A DNA stretch of 64,000 bases from an uncultured Lentisphaeraceae bacterium (lineage in GTDB: Bacteria; Verrucomicrobiota; Kiritimatiellia; RFP12; UBA1067). Location of the stretch: positions 4,150-68,149 of the forward strand of contig CAYQUI010000003.1 of assembly GCA_964420685.1 (NCBI GenBank). The letters are read 5' to 3'. A model generated the notes under the pieces. That model did not search any database, was not told where the DNA came from, and saw nothing but the letters and a program-made list of their open reading frames with translations. The number at the start of each line of letters is the position of its first letter. The first letter of the stretch is position 1. Positions 18,710 through 27,838 of the stretch are shown piece by piece. The translations under genes and the position numbers were made by a program.

Positions 18710-19996
18710 TCAGGCTTCCTCTCCCTCGTTCGCGTTCGCCGTCAGCTCGGCCACGGCCTTCGCCGCCGCATAGACGCCCTTCGCCGTCACCTCGTCGAGG
18801 CCCGTCGCCGCGATGAAGCTCGCCTCGTCCTCCTCGGCGATGCCGTCGACCGTCAGATAGCCCGCGTCGGCCATCTGCGTCGCGATGGCCGTCGAGACGG
18901 AGAACATCTCGGCGAGTTCCTTGATCGCCTCGGCCTTCTGATCCTCGAACGAGGCCGTCGCCATCGACTTCTTCACCTCGACGTGCCAGCCCGTGAGCTT
19001 CGTCGCGAGCCGCACGTTCTGGCCGCGCTTGCCGATCGCGAGCGAATACTGGTCGGCCGCCGCGATGCACCGCACCGTGTTGGGCACGTCAGGGTCGATC
19101 TCGATGGACTCGAGCTTCGCCGGGGCGAGCGCCTGCGCGACGTACTGGCGGATGTCCTCGTTCCAGCGCACGATGTCAATCTTCTCGCCGGAAAGCTCGT
19201 TGACGATCGCGCGCACGCGGCTGCCGCGCTGACCGACGCACGCGCCGACCGGGTCGACCGACTCGTTCGCCGTGCGCACCGCCAGCTTCGCCCGGTAGCC
19301 GGGATCGCGGCTCACGCCCATGATCTCGACGACGCCGTCGGCGATTTCGCTCACCTCCAGGCGGAAAAGCGCCTCGACGAACTTGCCGTCGGCGCGCGAG
19401 AGCGTGACGGACGGCCCCTTCGCGTCCGGATCGACGCGCTTGACGATCGCGCGGATCGGATCGCCGACCTGATACTCTTCCGTCGGGATGCGCTCCTTGC
19501 TGGGCAGCACCATCTCGACCTTTCCGACCGTCACGTACGTGTCGCGGTGGGAAATCGCCGAGACCGTGCCGGAGACGATGTCGCCCACGCGGTCGCGGTA
19601 CTCGCTGAAGGTGTTCGTGCGCTCGGCCTCGCGGATCTTCTGGAGAATCATCTGGCGCGACGTCTGCGCCGCAATGCGCCCGAGCTTCGAGGCCGGCATC
19701 TCAACCTCGAGCGTCTGCCCCTCCTCGACCGGCTCGCCGTGGTTGTAGCGCTGGGCGCGCGCCTTCGAGATGAAGCCGACGCCCGCGTCCTCGTCGGAGA
19801 CGACGAGCGTGTCGTAGACATGGAGCGAAAGATCCTTCCGGTCAATGGCGACGCGCAGGTCGTTCGTCACGTTCGCATTCTTGCGGGCCGCCTGGGCCAA
19901 CGCCTGCTCGATCGCCGTCAAAACGATCTCGCGGCTGACGCCGCGCTCGCTTTCAATCTGCTGCACGACCGCCAGCAACTGAGTGTTCATCGCCAT
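18710..19996 (-). CDS. nusA: Transcription termination/antitermination factor NusA
   Basis: N-terminal domain, S1, two KH domains and an acidic C-terminal repeat. Start at MAMNTQ (19996), preceded by AAGGAG-N6. Confidence 0.95.
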   Translation of the reverse strand: MAMNTQLLAVVQQIESERGVSREIVLTAIEQALAQAARKNANVTNDLRVAIDRKDLSLHVYDTLVVSDEDAGVGFISKARAQRYNHGEPVEEGQTLEVEMPASKLGRIAAQTSRQMILQKIREAERTNTFSEYRDRVGDIVSGTVSAISHRDTYVTVGKVEMVLPSKERIPTEEYQVGDPIRAIVKRVDPDAKGPSVTLSRADGKFVEALFRLEVSEIADGVVEIMGVSRDPGYRAKLAVRTANESVDPVGACVGQRGSRVRAIVNELSGEKIDIVRWNEDIRQYVAQALAPAKLESIEIDPDVPNTVRCIAAADQYSLAIGKRGQNVRLATKLTGWHVEVKKSMATASFEDQKAEAIKELAEMFSVSTAIATQMADAGYLTVDGIAEEDEASFIAATGLDEVTAKGVYAAAKAVAELTANANEGEEA

Positions 19997-20073
19997 TTCT
20001 CGCTCCTTATTTCTGTCAAAAATCAAAACGCGCCCCCCGGCCCGACCCGCTGGATCGCCGAAAAACAATGCGT

Positions 20074-20102
20074 AGAATACCCTATTCGGGCCGAAATGTC
20101 AA
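20074..20102 (-). promoter_or_regulatory. nusA-infB promoter (TTGACA-N17-TATTCT)
   Basis: Consensus -35 TTGACA at 20097-20102 and a -10 at 20074-20079. Confidence 0.45.
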
Positions 20103-20114
20103 TGCAGCCGCCCC

Positions 20115-21278
20115 TTACGCCCGCAAAAGGACTTTCTTGACGAACGCGCGCTGCTTCTCGCGATAGGAGTGGATGCCGACCGAGAGAATCGTCCCGACCG
20201 CAAAGAACGCGCTCAGGAGATTCGTGCCGCCGTAGCTGAAGAACGGCAAGGCCATTCCCTTCGTCGGCAACGCCTTGCAGACCACGCCAATGTTGAACAT
20301 CGCCTGGAAGAAGATGATGAAGGCCATGCCGACGACAAGAAACCGCCCGAAGCGGTCGGACGCCTTGCGCGCGATGTAGACCGACAGCGCGAAAAACGCG
20401 CAAAAGAGCAGCACGACGCCCACGGAGTAGAGGATGCCGAGTTCCTCCGCACCGACGGCAAAGACGAAGTCCGTGTGCGCTTCGGGCAGGTAGAGGTATT
20501 TCTGCATCGACTCGCCCAGTCCTGCGCCCCAGACGTTGCTGTTGCCGATCGCCGCCAACGCCTGGTTCGCCTGGTAGGCCGCGCGCTGAGCCGCCGCGTC
20601 CTGCACCTGTGCGCCAACGTCAAGCTGCACGCCGAAGAACGCCGCGAGGCGCGCCATGCGGTTGGCGTTCGTCGCAACCTTGAAGACGAAGACGCCCGCG
20701 CCCAGCAAGCCGAACGGAACCAGGTGCCGCAGGCGCGTGCCCGCGACGAACATCATGAGAGCGGCCGCACAGGAGACGACCATGAACGAGCCGAAGTCCG
20801 GCTCCAGCAGAATCGGGACAAGCAGCCCCCCCGCGAACGCGACGGGCCAAAACGCCCCCTTCCAGAAAAGCTCGACTTTCCACCCCAGGCGATCCAGCCA
20901 CGCCGCGAGGAGAATCACGACCGAAAGCTTCGCGAACTCGCTCGGCTGAAGGCGAAGCGGCCCGACGGTAATCCAGCGGTGCGAGCCGTTGATCGCCTTG
21001 AACCCGAAGACCGACCAGAGCAGGACGACGACAGCCAGATAGAAAAGCCACGCCAGCACCATGTGATCCCGCCACCGCCGATAGTCGAACAGCGCGACGC
21101 CGACGGCGATCACAAGCCCGGCCACGAGATAGGCGAACTGGCGCTTGATGAAGAAATAGGCGTCCCCCTGATGAAGACGCATCGCGTTCGCCGCGCTCGC
21201 GCTCGACAAAACGACAAGGCCCAGCGCCACGAGCAACGTGACAACCAGGCCTAGCCAAAACAGCGCGGACTTGCGCAC
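20115..21278 (-). CDS. ftsW: SEDS-family peptidoglycan glycosyltransferase (FtsW/RodA)
   Basis: 10 TMs and ...LPFFSYGGT... Sits beside murD. Confidence 0.8.
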   Translation of the reverse strand: MRKSALFWLGLVVTLLVALGLVVLSSASAANAMRLHQGDAYFFIKRQFAYLVAGLVIAVGVALFDYRRWRDHMVLAWLFYLAVVVLLWSVFGFKAINGSHRWITVGPLRLQPSEFAKLSVVILLAAWLDRLGWKVELFWKGAFWPVAFAGGLLVPILLEPDFGSFMVVSCAAALMMFVAGTRLRHLVPFGLLGAGVFVFKVATNANRMARLAAFFGVQLDVGAQVQDAAAQRAAYQANQALAAIGNSNVWGAGLGESMQKYLYLPEAHTDFVFAVGAEELGILYSVGVVLLFCAFFALSVYIARKASDRFGRFLVVGMAFIIFFQAMFNIGVVCKALPTKGMALPFFSYGGTNLLSAFFAVGTILSVGIHSYREKQRAFVKKVLLRA

Positions 21279-21288
21279 GGAAAGACGA

Positions 21289-22350
21289 TTACTGCCGCAG
21301 CTCGGCCGGAATCTTGATCACCTGCCCGGCCTTGAGCGTGTCGCTCTCGCCGAGGTTGTTGAGCTCGCGGATTTCCGCCGGGTTCGCGCCGAACTTGACG
21401 ACGATCGCCGTGATGTCCTCGCCTTCCTGAACCGTGTAGGGAATCGTCGCGGGCGTGGCCGCGGCAACAGGCGCCGCCTCGGCCGCCGGCGCGTCCGAAT
21501 CCGCCGAGGCGGGCGTCGCATCCGTCGCAGGCGTTTCAGCCGCCGGCTCGGTCGCCGGGGCCGCCGCAGGTTCCGCAGGCTTGGTCTCGGCCGGCTTCTC
21601 GGCCGGCTTGGCGGCCTTCGCAGCCGGCTTGGCCGTCGCCTTCGCCCCCGTCGTCTTCTTCGCGGAAACGACCTTCTCGGCCGGGACCTTCAGCTTCTGG
21701 CCGACCTTGAGCGAATCGCTCGTCAGGCCGTTCATCGCCTTGAGCTGGCGAATGTTGATGCCGTTGCTGTAGGCAATCGCGCCAAGCGTGTCGCCGTTCT
21801 TGACGACATACTCCTTCGTCGCGCCCGTGTAGGCCGGCGCAGACGCCGGCTTCGCGCCCTTCGTGGCCGCCTTGCGAACGACCGGCGTCTTCTGCTCGCC
21901 GACGTCGACCTTGCCGGGGATCTTCAGCTTCTGCCCAACGCGGATGAGGTCGGACGACAGGCCGTTCAGCCGCTTGATTGAGCCGATCGTCACGTTGAAC
22001 TTCTTCGAGATCTTCGCGAGATAGTCGCCGTTCTGCACAACGTAGACCGTGTACTCCGGCTCGGCCGGCTTCGGCGGCGGCACGGGCTTCGGCGTCACGA
22101 TGCACGCGCAGTCGGCCGCCCCGCACGCGCAGGGACTCGTGTGCTTCGTGCCGGCCGGGCACGCGCACTTCGGGGCCTCGACCTCGACGGCCTCCGCCTT
22201 CTGCTGGGGCGCAGCCGGCGTCGCCTCGACGGGCGTCGCGTCCTTCACCTCATCATGCGTCGGCGCGCCCGCGCGACGGTAGTCAGGATCCTTGCAACCG
22301 GCGACGACCGCGACGGCGGCGGCACCGAACACCATTCCGAGCTTCTTCAT
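21289..22350 (-). CDS. Lipoprotein with a Cys-rich motif and three LysM domains
   Basis: Lipobox VVAGC. The Cys-rich stretch is KCACPAGTKHTSPCACGAADCAC. There are three LysM repeats (YTVYVVQNGDYLAKIS..., YVVKNGDTLGAIA..., YTVQEGEDITAIV...). The ATG overlaps the murD stop (ATGA). Confidence 0.8.
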   Translation of the reverse strand: MKKLGMVFGAAAVAVVAGCKDPDYRRAGAPTHDEVKDATPVEATPAAPQQKAEAVEVEAPKCACPAGTKHTSPCACGAADCACIVTPKPVPPPKPAEPEYTVYVVQNGDYLAKISKKFNVTIGSIKRLNGLSSDLIRVGQKLKIPGKVDVGEQKTPVVRKAATKGAKPASAPAYTGATKEYVVKNGDTLGAIAYSNGINIRQLKAMNGLTSDSLKVGQKLKVPAEKVVSAKKTTGAKATAKPAAKAAKPAEKPAETKPAEPAAAPATEPAAETPATDATPASADSDAPAAEAAPVAAATPATIPYTVQEGEDITAIVVKFGANPAEIRELNNLGESDTLKAGQVIKIPAELRQ

Positions 22351-23468
22351 TCTGTCTTTCCTTTTTGGACGAGCCGCGCGAAGGCCTCCCCACGCGCCCC
22401 GAAACTTTTAAACTGGTCAAAACTTGCGGTTCCAGGGGACAGCAGCACCGTCTCGCCCGGCCTCGCCTCGCGCCGCGCCGCCTCGACCGCCCGTTCCAGC
22501 GTCCCGCAGATCTCACAATCGACGGACGTCGCCCAGGCCTCCGAAAAGGCTTCCGCACAAGAGCCGATAAGATACACTTTTTCCGCCCGCTCTGTCAAGA
22601 CGGGCAGGGCCATTTTCGGGTCGTCGCCCTTGGGCAAGCCGCCCGCGATGAGACGGACACGCCCCGCGCACATCCGGACGCCTGCGACAAGCGCGGCAAC
22701 CGACGTCGCCTTCGAGTCATCCACATAGCGAACGCCCCCCATCTCGGCAACCGTCTGGAAGCGGTGCGGCAACGGCGCGAACGCCGCGAACGCCGCGCGA
22801 ATCTGCGCCGCGTCCAGTCCCGCCGCGCGCATCAGGCCAATCGCCGCACAACCGTTCGGCCGCAAGATCGCGTTGTCGAAGTAAGAGCCCTTTAGCAACC
22901 CCTCCAAGTCGCTTGGTTCCTCATCCCCCAAACCCCCAAACCCCCAAACTTCCATCCCCCCAGACGCCCCAACGCCCTCCTTCGCGAATCCGAGGAGCTT
23001 GCGCTTGAGCGCGTGGTAGACCGCGACGGAGCCATGGCGGTCGAGGTGGTCTTCCTGGAGATTCAGGAGGGCCGCCGCCTCGAACGTGTCGGGCGGCAGC
23101 GTCGTCGTCTCAAGCTGGAAAGACGAGACTTCGACGACGGCCCAGCCCGGCTCTTCGTCGAGGAGGTCGCAGACGGGTCGCCCGTAGTTGCCGCACGGCA
23201 CGGCACGGCCGCCCGCGCCGGCAATCGCGTCGGCGACGAGCTTGACGACGCTTGACTTGCCCTTCGAGCCGGTCACGGCGAGGAGTTTCCAGCCGCGCCG
23301 CTTCAGTTCTTCGCAGCCGAGCTGGAGTTCGCTCTTGACGGGAAGGCCGGGACTGGCGACAACGAGATCGTAGCCCTCGGCGAAGTCGACGGCAAAGCCG
23401 CGACGACGCAAGTCGGCCGCCGCCGCCGTGCCGCTCTTTCCCGTGCCGAGGACAAGCGCCTTCTTCAC
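22347..23468 (-). CDS. murD: UDP-N-acetylmuramoylalanine--D-glutamate ligase (short form)
   Basis: P-loop VTGSKGKSS and a Mur ligase C-terminus. GTG start. Contains the in-frame G-rich insertion GGMEVWGFGGLG. Confidence 0.75.
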   Translation of the reverse strand: MKKALVLGTGKSGTAAAADLRRRGFAVDFAEGYDLVVASPGLPVKSELQLGCEELKRRGWKLLAVTGSKGKSSVVKLVADAIAGAGGRAVPCGNYGRPVCDLLDEEPGWAVVEVSSFQLETTTLPPDTFEAAALLNLQEDHLDRHGSVAVYHALKRKLLGFAKEGVGASGGMEVWGFGGLGDEEPSDLEGLLKGSYFDNAILRPNGCAAIGLMRAAGLDAAQIRAAFAAFAPLPHRFQTVAEMGGVRYVDDSKATSVAALVAGVRMCAGRVRLIAGGLPKGDDPKMALPVLTERAEKVYLIGSCAEAFSEAWATSVDCEICGTLERAVEAARREARPGETVLLSPGTASFDQFKSFGARGEAFARLVQKGKTE

Positions 23469-24848
23469 TTACTTCGCCTCGCGCACGACGTCCCGCCCCG
23501 CGTAGGACGGCGGCACATAGCCGTGTTCCGACCCCTGGACCCAGAGGATCTTCTTGTTGCCGGGGATGTTGTTCCAGAGCTTGGCCAGCCCCGTCGGCGG
23601 ACAGCAGTAGTCGCCAAGGCCCGCGCGCGTGATGAACGTGAGGCACGTCGCCGGGATGCGCCGGGCAAAATTCGCCGCGTCGTAGTAGCCCATCGACTCC
23701 GTCCACGGAATGTACCAGCCGTCCCCCGCCAGGCCCAGCGACCGATCCGTGCGGAGCTTGCCCGACGTGTAGAGGTCGCAGCACCAGGTGATGCCGCTCT
23801 CGGCGCGCGTCACGCCCTCGCCGCACGCGGCGGCCCAGATCGTCTGAAGCCCGCCCTGGCTGCCGCCGGAGGCGATGAGCTCCTTGCCGTTCCAGCCCTC
23901 GACCGTCTTGAGGTACTGAAGCGCGCGCTTGACGCGCAGAACCATGCCGTTGAAGTAGGCGACTTCGGGGTCTTCGTTCTGCTTCGCGTCAAACGCATAG
24001 GCCTTGTCATGCGAGCGAATCTCCCAGCGGAGCGCCTTCGTGTCCGCATCGGTCGCGCCGAACGCGGGGAGCTTCAGTCCGTGCGCGTTGACGTTGAGGA
24101 CGATCTCGCTGTCACGCGCCCACGACGGCGCCGCGTGCGTGCAGCGGTCGCCGCTGTAGCCGTGCGTCTCCAGCCGCGCCGGGAACGTCTTGCCCTGCGC
24201 GACCGCCGTCGGGACGGACAGGTAGCCCGTGACGGGACGCAGCCCCGCGCAGCGGATCTCGATCGCGTAGATCTTCGCCCGCTTGTTGGCGCAGGGGATC
24301 TCGATGCGCTCGGCCTTGAGCGGCACGCGGTCAAGCCGCGCGAACTGCCCCGCCCAAAAGGCGTCGAAGTCCTTCGGCTCCGGATGCGTCGTCAGCGTCT
24401 CGACCGCCGCGCCCGCGCCGCCGTCGAAGAAGACCTCCTTCTTCGCGCGCTCAAAGGCGTTCATCGCTTTCTTGCCCTCGGGCGTGTTCGGGTCGCCCGT
24501 GAACTGCTTGCGGTAGCGCTTGCCGGTCTTGTCCACGACCGCCGCGTAGAGCCGCACGAAACCAGGCTTCGCGATCTTGGTCGCGTAGACGAACGGCGTC
24601 TTGCCGTCGAAGGGAACCTTGCCCTGCTCGACGACCCCGTCGTCGCCCGTCCGCGTCCAGTCGAGAAACCACGCGCCCGGCGCAAGTTCGCCCACGTCCG
24701 TCGGCGTGACCGTGAACGTCATCGTCTCGCCGACCTTGTAGTCGATCGGACACTTGTCCGTCGTGCCCTTGAGCCAGGCCGCGTCGAGCGGACCCGCGCC
24801 GACCTGCGCCGCCACGAATGCCGCCACTGCCAACATCAATCGCTTCAT
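23469..24848 (-). CDS. Secreted acetyl-xylan esterase / cephalosporin-C deacetylase family (CE7) with N-terminal beta domain
   Basis: GGSQGG nucleophile motif. Signal peptide MKRLMLAVAAFVAAQVGA. Start moved to 24848. Confidence 0.75.
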   Translation of the reverse strand: MKRLMLAVAAFVAAQVGAGPLDAAWLKGTTDKCPIDYKVGETMTFTVTPTDVGELAPGAWFLDWTRTGDDGVVEQGKVPFDGKTPFVYATKIAKPGFVRLYAAVVDKTGKRYRKQFTGDPNTPEGKKAMNAFERAKKEVFFDGGAGAAVETLTTHPEPKDFDAFWAGQFARLDRVPLKAERIEIPCANKRAKIYAIEIRCAGLRPVTGYLSVPTAVAQGKTFPARLETHGYSGDRCTHAAPSWARDSEIVLNVNAHGLKLPAFGATDADTKALRWEIRSHDKAYAFDAKQNEDPEVAYFNGMVLRVKRALQYLKTVEGWNGKELIASGGSQGGLQTIWAAACGEGVTRAESGITWCCDLYTSGKLRTDRSLGLAGDGWYIPWTESMGYYDAANFARRIPATCLTFITRAGLGDYCCPPTGLAKLWNNIPGNKKILWVQGSEHGYVPPSYAGRDVVREAK

Positions 24849-24895
24849 CTCTTCGTCCCTTTCACGTGTCGTGTTCGTTGTTTCGGAAACCGCCC

Positions 24896-25525
24896 TCAGC
24901 AAAAGCCGGCCGCCGCCAGCGCGGCTTCGGTCAGCCCCGGTCGCGCCGCGTCCTTCGCGAGATACTTGCCGACGACGTCGCCCTCCACGTTGATGCCGTC
25001 GCCGACCCGCTTCGCGCCAAGCGTCGTCTCGCGCGCCGTCGTGGGGATGAGGTCGACGCCCAGCCAGTCGTCGCCAAGCGCGGAAATCGTGAGCGACACG
25101 CCGTCAAGCGTGACCGAGCCCTTGAGGACGGACTGCGCGGCCAGGACGCGCCCGCACCGCACGCGCAGCTGCCTGTCGCGCCCCTTCGGCAGGATCGCCG
25201 AGACGACGCCGCGCCCGTCGACGTGGCCCTGCACGAGATGCCCGCCGAGCGCCTCGCCCGCGCGAACCGCGCGCTCCAGGTTCACCTTCACGCCGGGAGC
25301 AAGTTCCGCCAGGCCCGTGCGCGCCTCCGTCTCGCGCAGGACGTCGGCCGTGAAGCGCGAGCCGTCGCACCGCACGACCGTCAGGCACACGCCGTTGACG
25401 GCGACGGACTCGCCCGCCTCCAGCGGACGCGGCCACGGCACGTCCGCCGCGACTTCAAGGACAAGACCGCGCCCGCGACTGATGCGCTTGACCGTTCCGA
25501 TTCGCTGCACGAGCCCCGTGAACAT
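24896..25525 (-). CDS. ribE: Riboflavin synthase (alpha chain)
   Basis: MFTGLVQRIGTV...GESVAVNGVCLTVV...SLTISALGDDW... (two lumazine-binding repeats). The ORF track only shows it as the tail of a longer junk ORF (24896..26236). Confidence 0.8.
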   Translation of the reverse strand: MFTGLVQRIGTVKRISRGRGLVLEVAADVPWPRPLEAGESVAVNGVCLTVVRCDGSRFTADVLRETEARTGLAELAPGVKVNLERAVRAGEALGGHLVQGHVDGRGVVSAILPKGRDRQLRVRCGRVLAAQSVLKGSVTLDGVSLTISALGDDWLGVDLIPTTARETTLGAKRVGDGINVEGDVVGKYLAKDAARPGLTEAALAAAGFC

Positions 25526-25539
25526 GGCAAACGACGGTA

Positions 25540-26457
25540 TCAGCCCTCGATCTTCTTCACGACGCTCGTGCAGGCCTTGAGAACGCCCGCGACGTCCGCC
25601 AGGTTCGACGGAATGATCATCGTGTTGTTCGTCTTCGCCAGATTGCCGAACTGCGTCAGGTACTGCTGGGCAAGCTGCATGTTGACGGACTCGAGCCCGC
25701 CCTTCCCGCCAATCGCCTCGGCGACCTTGCGGATGCCCGTCGCCTGCGCCTCCGCGACAAGCAGGATCTCCTGCGCCTTGCCCTGCGCCTCGTTGATGCG
25801 GCGGGCGCGCTCGCCCTCCGACAGCGCGATCGCCTGCTGGCGCTCGCCCTCCGCGCGGTTGATCTTCGACTGGCGCTCGCCCTCCGACTCGGCGATCATC
25901 GCGCGCTTCTCGCGCTCCGCGCGCATCTGCTTCTCCATCGCGTCGCGGATCGTCTGCGGCGGCGTGATGTTCTTGATCTCGTAGCGCGTGACCTTGATGC
26001 CCCACGGGTCGCTCGCCTTGTCCACCGCCGAGACGATCGCCGCGTTGATCGACGTGCGCTCCTCGAAGCTGCGGTCGAGGTCGAGCTTGCCCATCTCCGA
26101 GCGCATTGTCGTCTGCGCGAGCTGCGTCGTCGCGAAGAGGTAGTTGCCGATGCCGTAGGAGGCCTTCACCGGGTCCATCACCTGGACGTAGAGGATGCCG
26201 TCCACCGAGACGGCGATGTTGTCCTTCGTGATGCACTCCTGCGGCGGCACGTCAATCGCCTGCTCCTTCAGCGTATGCCGATAGGCGATCCGGTCGATGA
26301 ACGGGATGAGGATGTGGAACCCCGCGTCCAGCGTGCAGCTGTACTTGCCGAGCCGCTCGACGATGAACGCCGTCTTCTGCGGCACGACGATGGCCGTCTT
26401 CAGGACGGCGACGAGGATGATGAGGGCCACAAGGCCGAAGAACACGAGAGCACCCAT
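25540..26457 (-). CDS. SPFH / band-7 (stomatin-like) membrane protein
   Basis: N-terminal TM plus an SPFH domain and an ER-rich coiled coil (EREKRAMIAESEGERQ...). Confidence 0.85.
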   Translation of the reverse strand: MGALVFFGLVALIILVAVLKTAIVVPQKTAFIVERLGKYSCTLDAGFHILIPFIDRIAYRHTLKEQAIDVPPQECITKDNIAVSVDGILYVQVMDPVKASYGIGNYLFATTQLAQTTMRSEMGKLDLDRSFEERTSINAAIVSAVDKASDPWGIKVTRYEIKNITPPQTIRDAMEKQMRAEREKRAMIAESEGERQSKINRAEGERQQAIALSEGERARRINEAQGKAQEILLVAEAQATGIRKVAEAIGGKGGLESVNMQLAQQYLTQFGNLAKTNNTMIIPSNLADVAGVLKACTSVVKKIEG

Positions 26458-26518
26458 GACGTTTCCTTTCTGTCTTTGTCTTTTTATGCCTACAAGTCTT
26501 GGCTTCGTCTGCGATTCG

Positions 26519-27838
26519 CTAGTCCTGCCGCCCCGGCGTGAGGAACGTCACCTTCCGGATCTCCGACCGGGGGAAGGTGCTCGTGATGCCGAGCGAGACC
26601 TCCACGACGATCGATTCGGGCGTATTCGAGACGAGGACGCCGCGATACGTGCCGCGCGACGTCACGATCTCAATGTCCGGCACGAAGATCCGGCGCAGGC
26701 GAATGCGGTGCTGGGCCGTCCGCTGGTTCTGGACGTTCGAATGGCGGACGAAGTCCGAATAGCCCTCCTTCGAGACGACGAGACGGTGTTCGCCCTCCAG
26801 CACGTTCTCGATGACGAACGGGTCGCTGAACTCGGCGTTCGGCACGGAGGCCTTCGTGACGCCCACGAGCCGCCCGTCCAGCGTGAGGCGCGCGCCCGCC
26901 GGCGCCGTCACGACCTCCAGCCGGCCCATGACATTCGACAGGCGGAACTCCTCGCTCGCCGCCGCGCCGTTCTCAAGCGTCACCGTCCGGGACTGCGTGC
27001 CGTAGCCGTCCAGTTCCGCCCGAACGGCGTAGGACCCCGGCTTCAGGCCCGCCAGCGACACAGGCGCCTTGCCCTCGAAACGGTCGTTCACGTAGATGCG
27101 CGCGCCCTCCGGGACGGACGAGAGATGCAGCGTGCCGGGAAGCCCCTTCAGGACGACGGGAAGCGTCTGCACGTCGCCCGCGTTCACGGCCAGTTCGCGA
27201 ATCTCCTCCGCAAAGCCGTCCAGACGGAACTTCACGACCGCCCGCCCTTTCGGCACGCCCGTCACCTTCAGTGGCGTCTGGCCGCGCACGATGCCGTTCA
27301 CCGTCACCTCCGCGCCCGCCGGCTCGCTCAGGATGTCAATCGTCCCCGACGCCAGCACCAGCTGCTCCTCGCGGACAAGCGGCTTGCGCCCCTCGAACTT
27401 GACGGTGATCACCTGATCCTGATAACCCGCCTTGCGCAAACGCACGTTGTGCACGTCGCGCACGGACAGGTGCGTGATGAGGCGCGGCGTCTGCCCGACC
27501 GACACGCCGTCGATCTGGATGTCGCACCCTTCGGGATCCGTCTTGAGGAGGAGGAGTCCCTTCTGCTCCCGCAGAACCGAGTTCCGCTCGACGAACGGCC
27601 CTTCGCGCGTGTCAAAGAAGCGATCGGAGTCGTCGTAGCCCAAACAGCGGAACTTCACGTGATGCCGCCCCGGCTCCAGGTCATACAGCATGATCGGCGT
27701 CGTCCCCCGGTCTTTTCCGTCGACGATCACCGTCGCCCCCGAGGGGTTGGTCGTCAGGCTCACGCGACACGCGACCTGCGGCTCGTCCGCAAAGGCCGCC
27801 GCCGCCAAAAGAAGCCACGCACAGGCGAATCTCATCAC
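26519..27838 (-). CDS. Secreted PEGA-domain repeat protein
   Basis: Signal peptide and about 5 PEGA-type beta repeats (PSGA, PEGC, PAGAEV, PEGARIYV, PAGARL). Confidence 0.7.
   Translation of the reverse strand: MMRFACAWLLLAAAAFADEPQVACRVSLTTNPSGATVIVDGKDRGTTPIMLYDLEPGRHHVKFRCLGYDDSDRFFDTREGPFVERNSVLREQKGLLLLKTDPEGCDIQIDGVSVGQTPRLITHLSVRDVHNVRLRKAGYQDQVITVKFEGRKPLVREEQLVLASGTIDILSEPAGAEVTVNGIVRGQTPLKVTGVPKGRAVVKFRLDGFAEEIRELAVNAGDVQTLPVVLKGLPGTLHLSSVPEGARIYVNDRFEGKAPVSLAGLKPGSYAVRAELDGYGTQSRTVTLENGAAASEEFRLSNVMGRLEVVTAPAGARLTLDGRLVGVTKASVPNAEFSDPFVIENVLEGEHRLVVSKEGYSDFVRHSNVQNQRTAQHRIRLRRIFVPDIEIVTSRGTYRGVLVSNTPESIVVEVSLGITSTFPRSEIRKVTFLTPGRQD

Noticed and set aside
16151-20140. 1329-aa plus-strand ORF. 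Similar long plus-strand ORFs are 551-2113, 3981-5882, 6187-7584, 14334-16154, 48746-52306, 59252-60937 and 61820-63649.
   Set aside because: They lie exactly antisense to well-supported minus-strand genes (infB, nusA, hexokinase, trpCB and others). Their translations are Arg/Ala/Pro-rich, with no recognisable domains or SD. These are the typical GC-rich antisense open frames.
24896-26236. 446-aa minus ORF spanning ribE and the SPFH gene
   Set aside because: Only the C-terminal 209 aa (from MFTGLV) are riboflavin synthase. The upstream part runs out of frame through the SPFH gene and is Arg/Gly junk. It was split into ribE 24896-25525.
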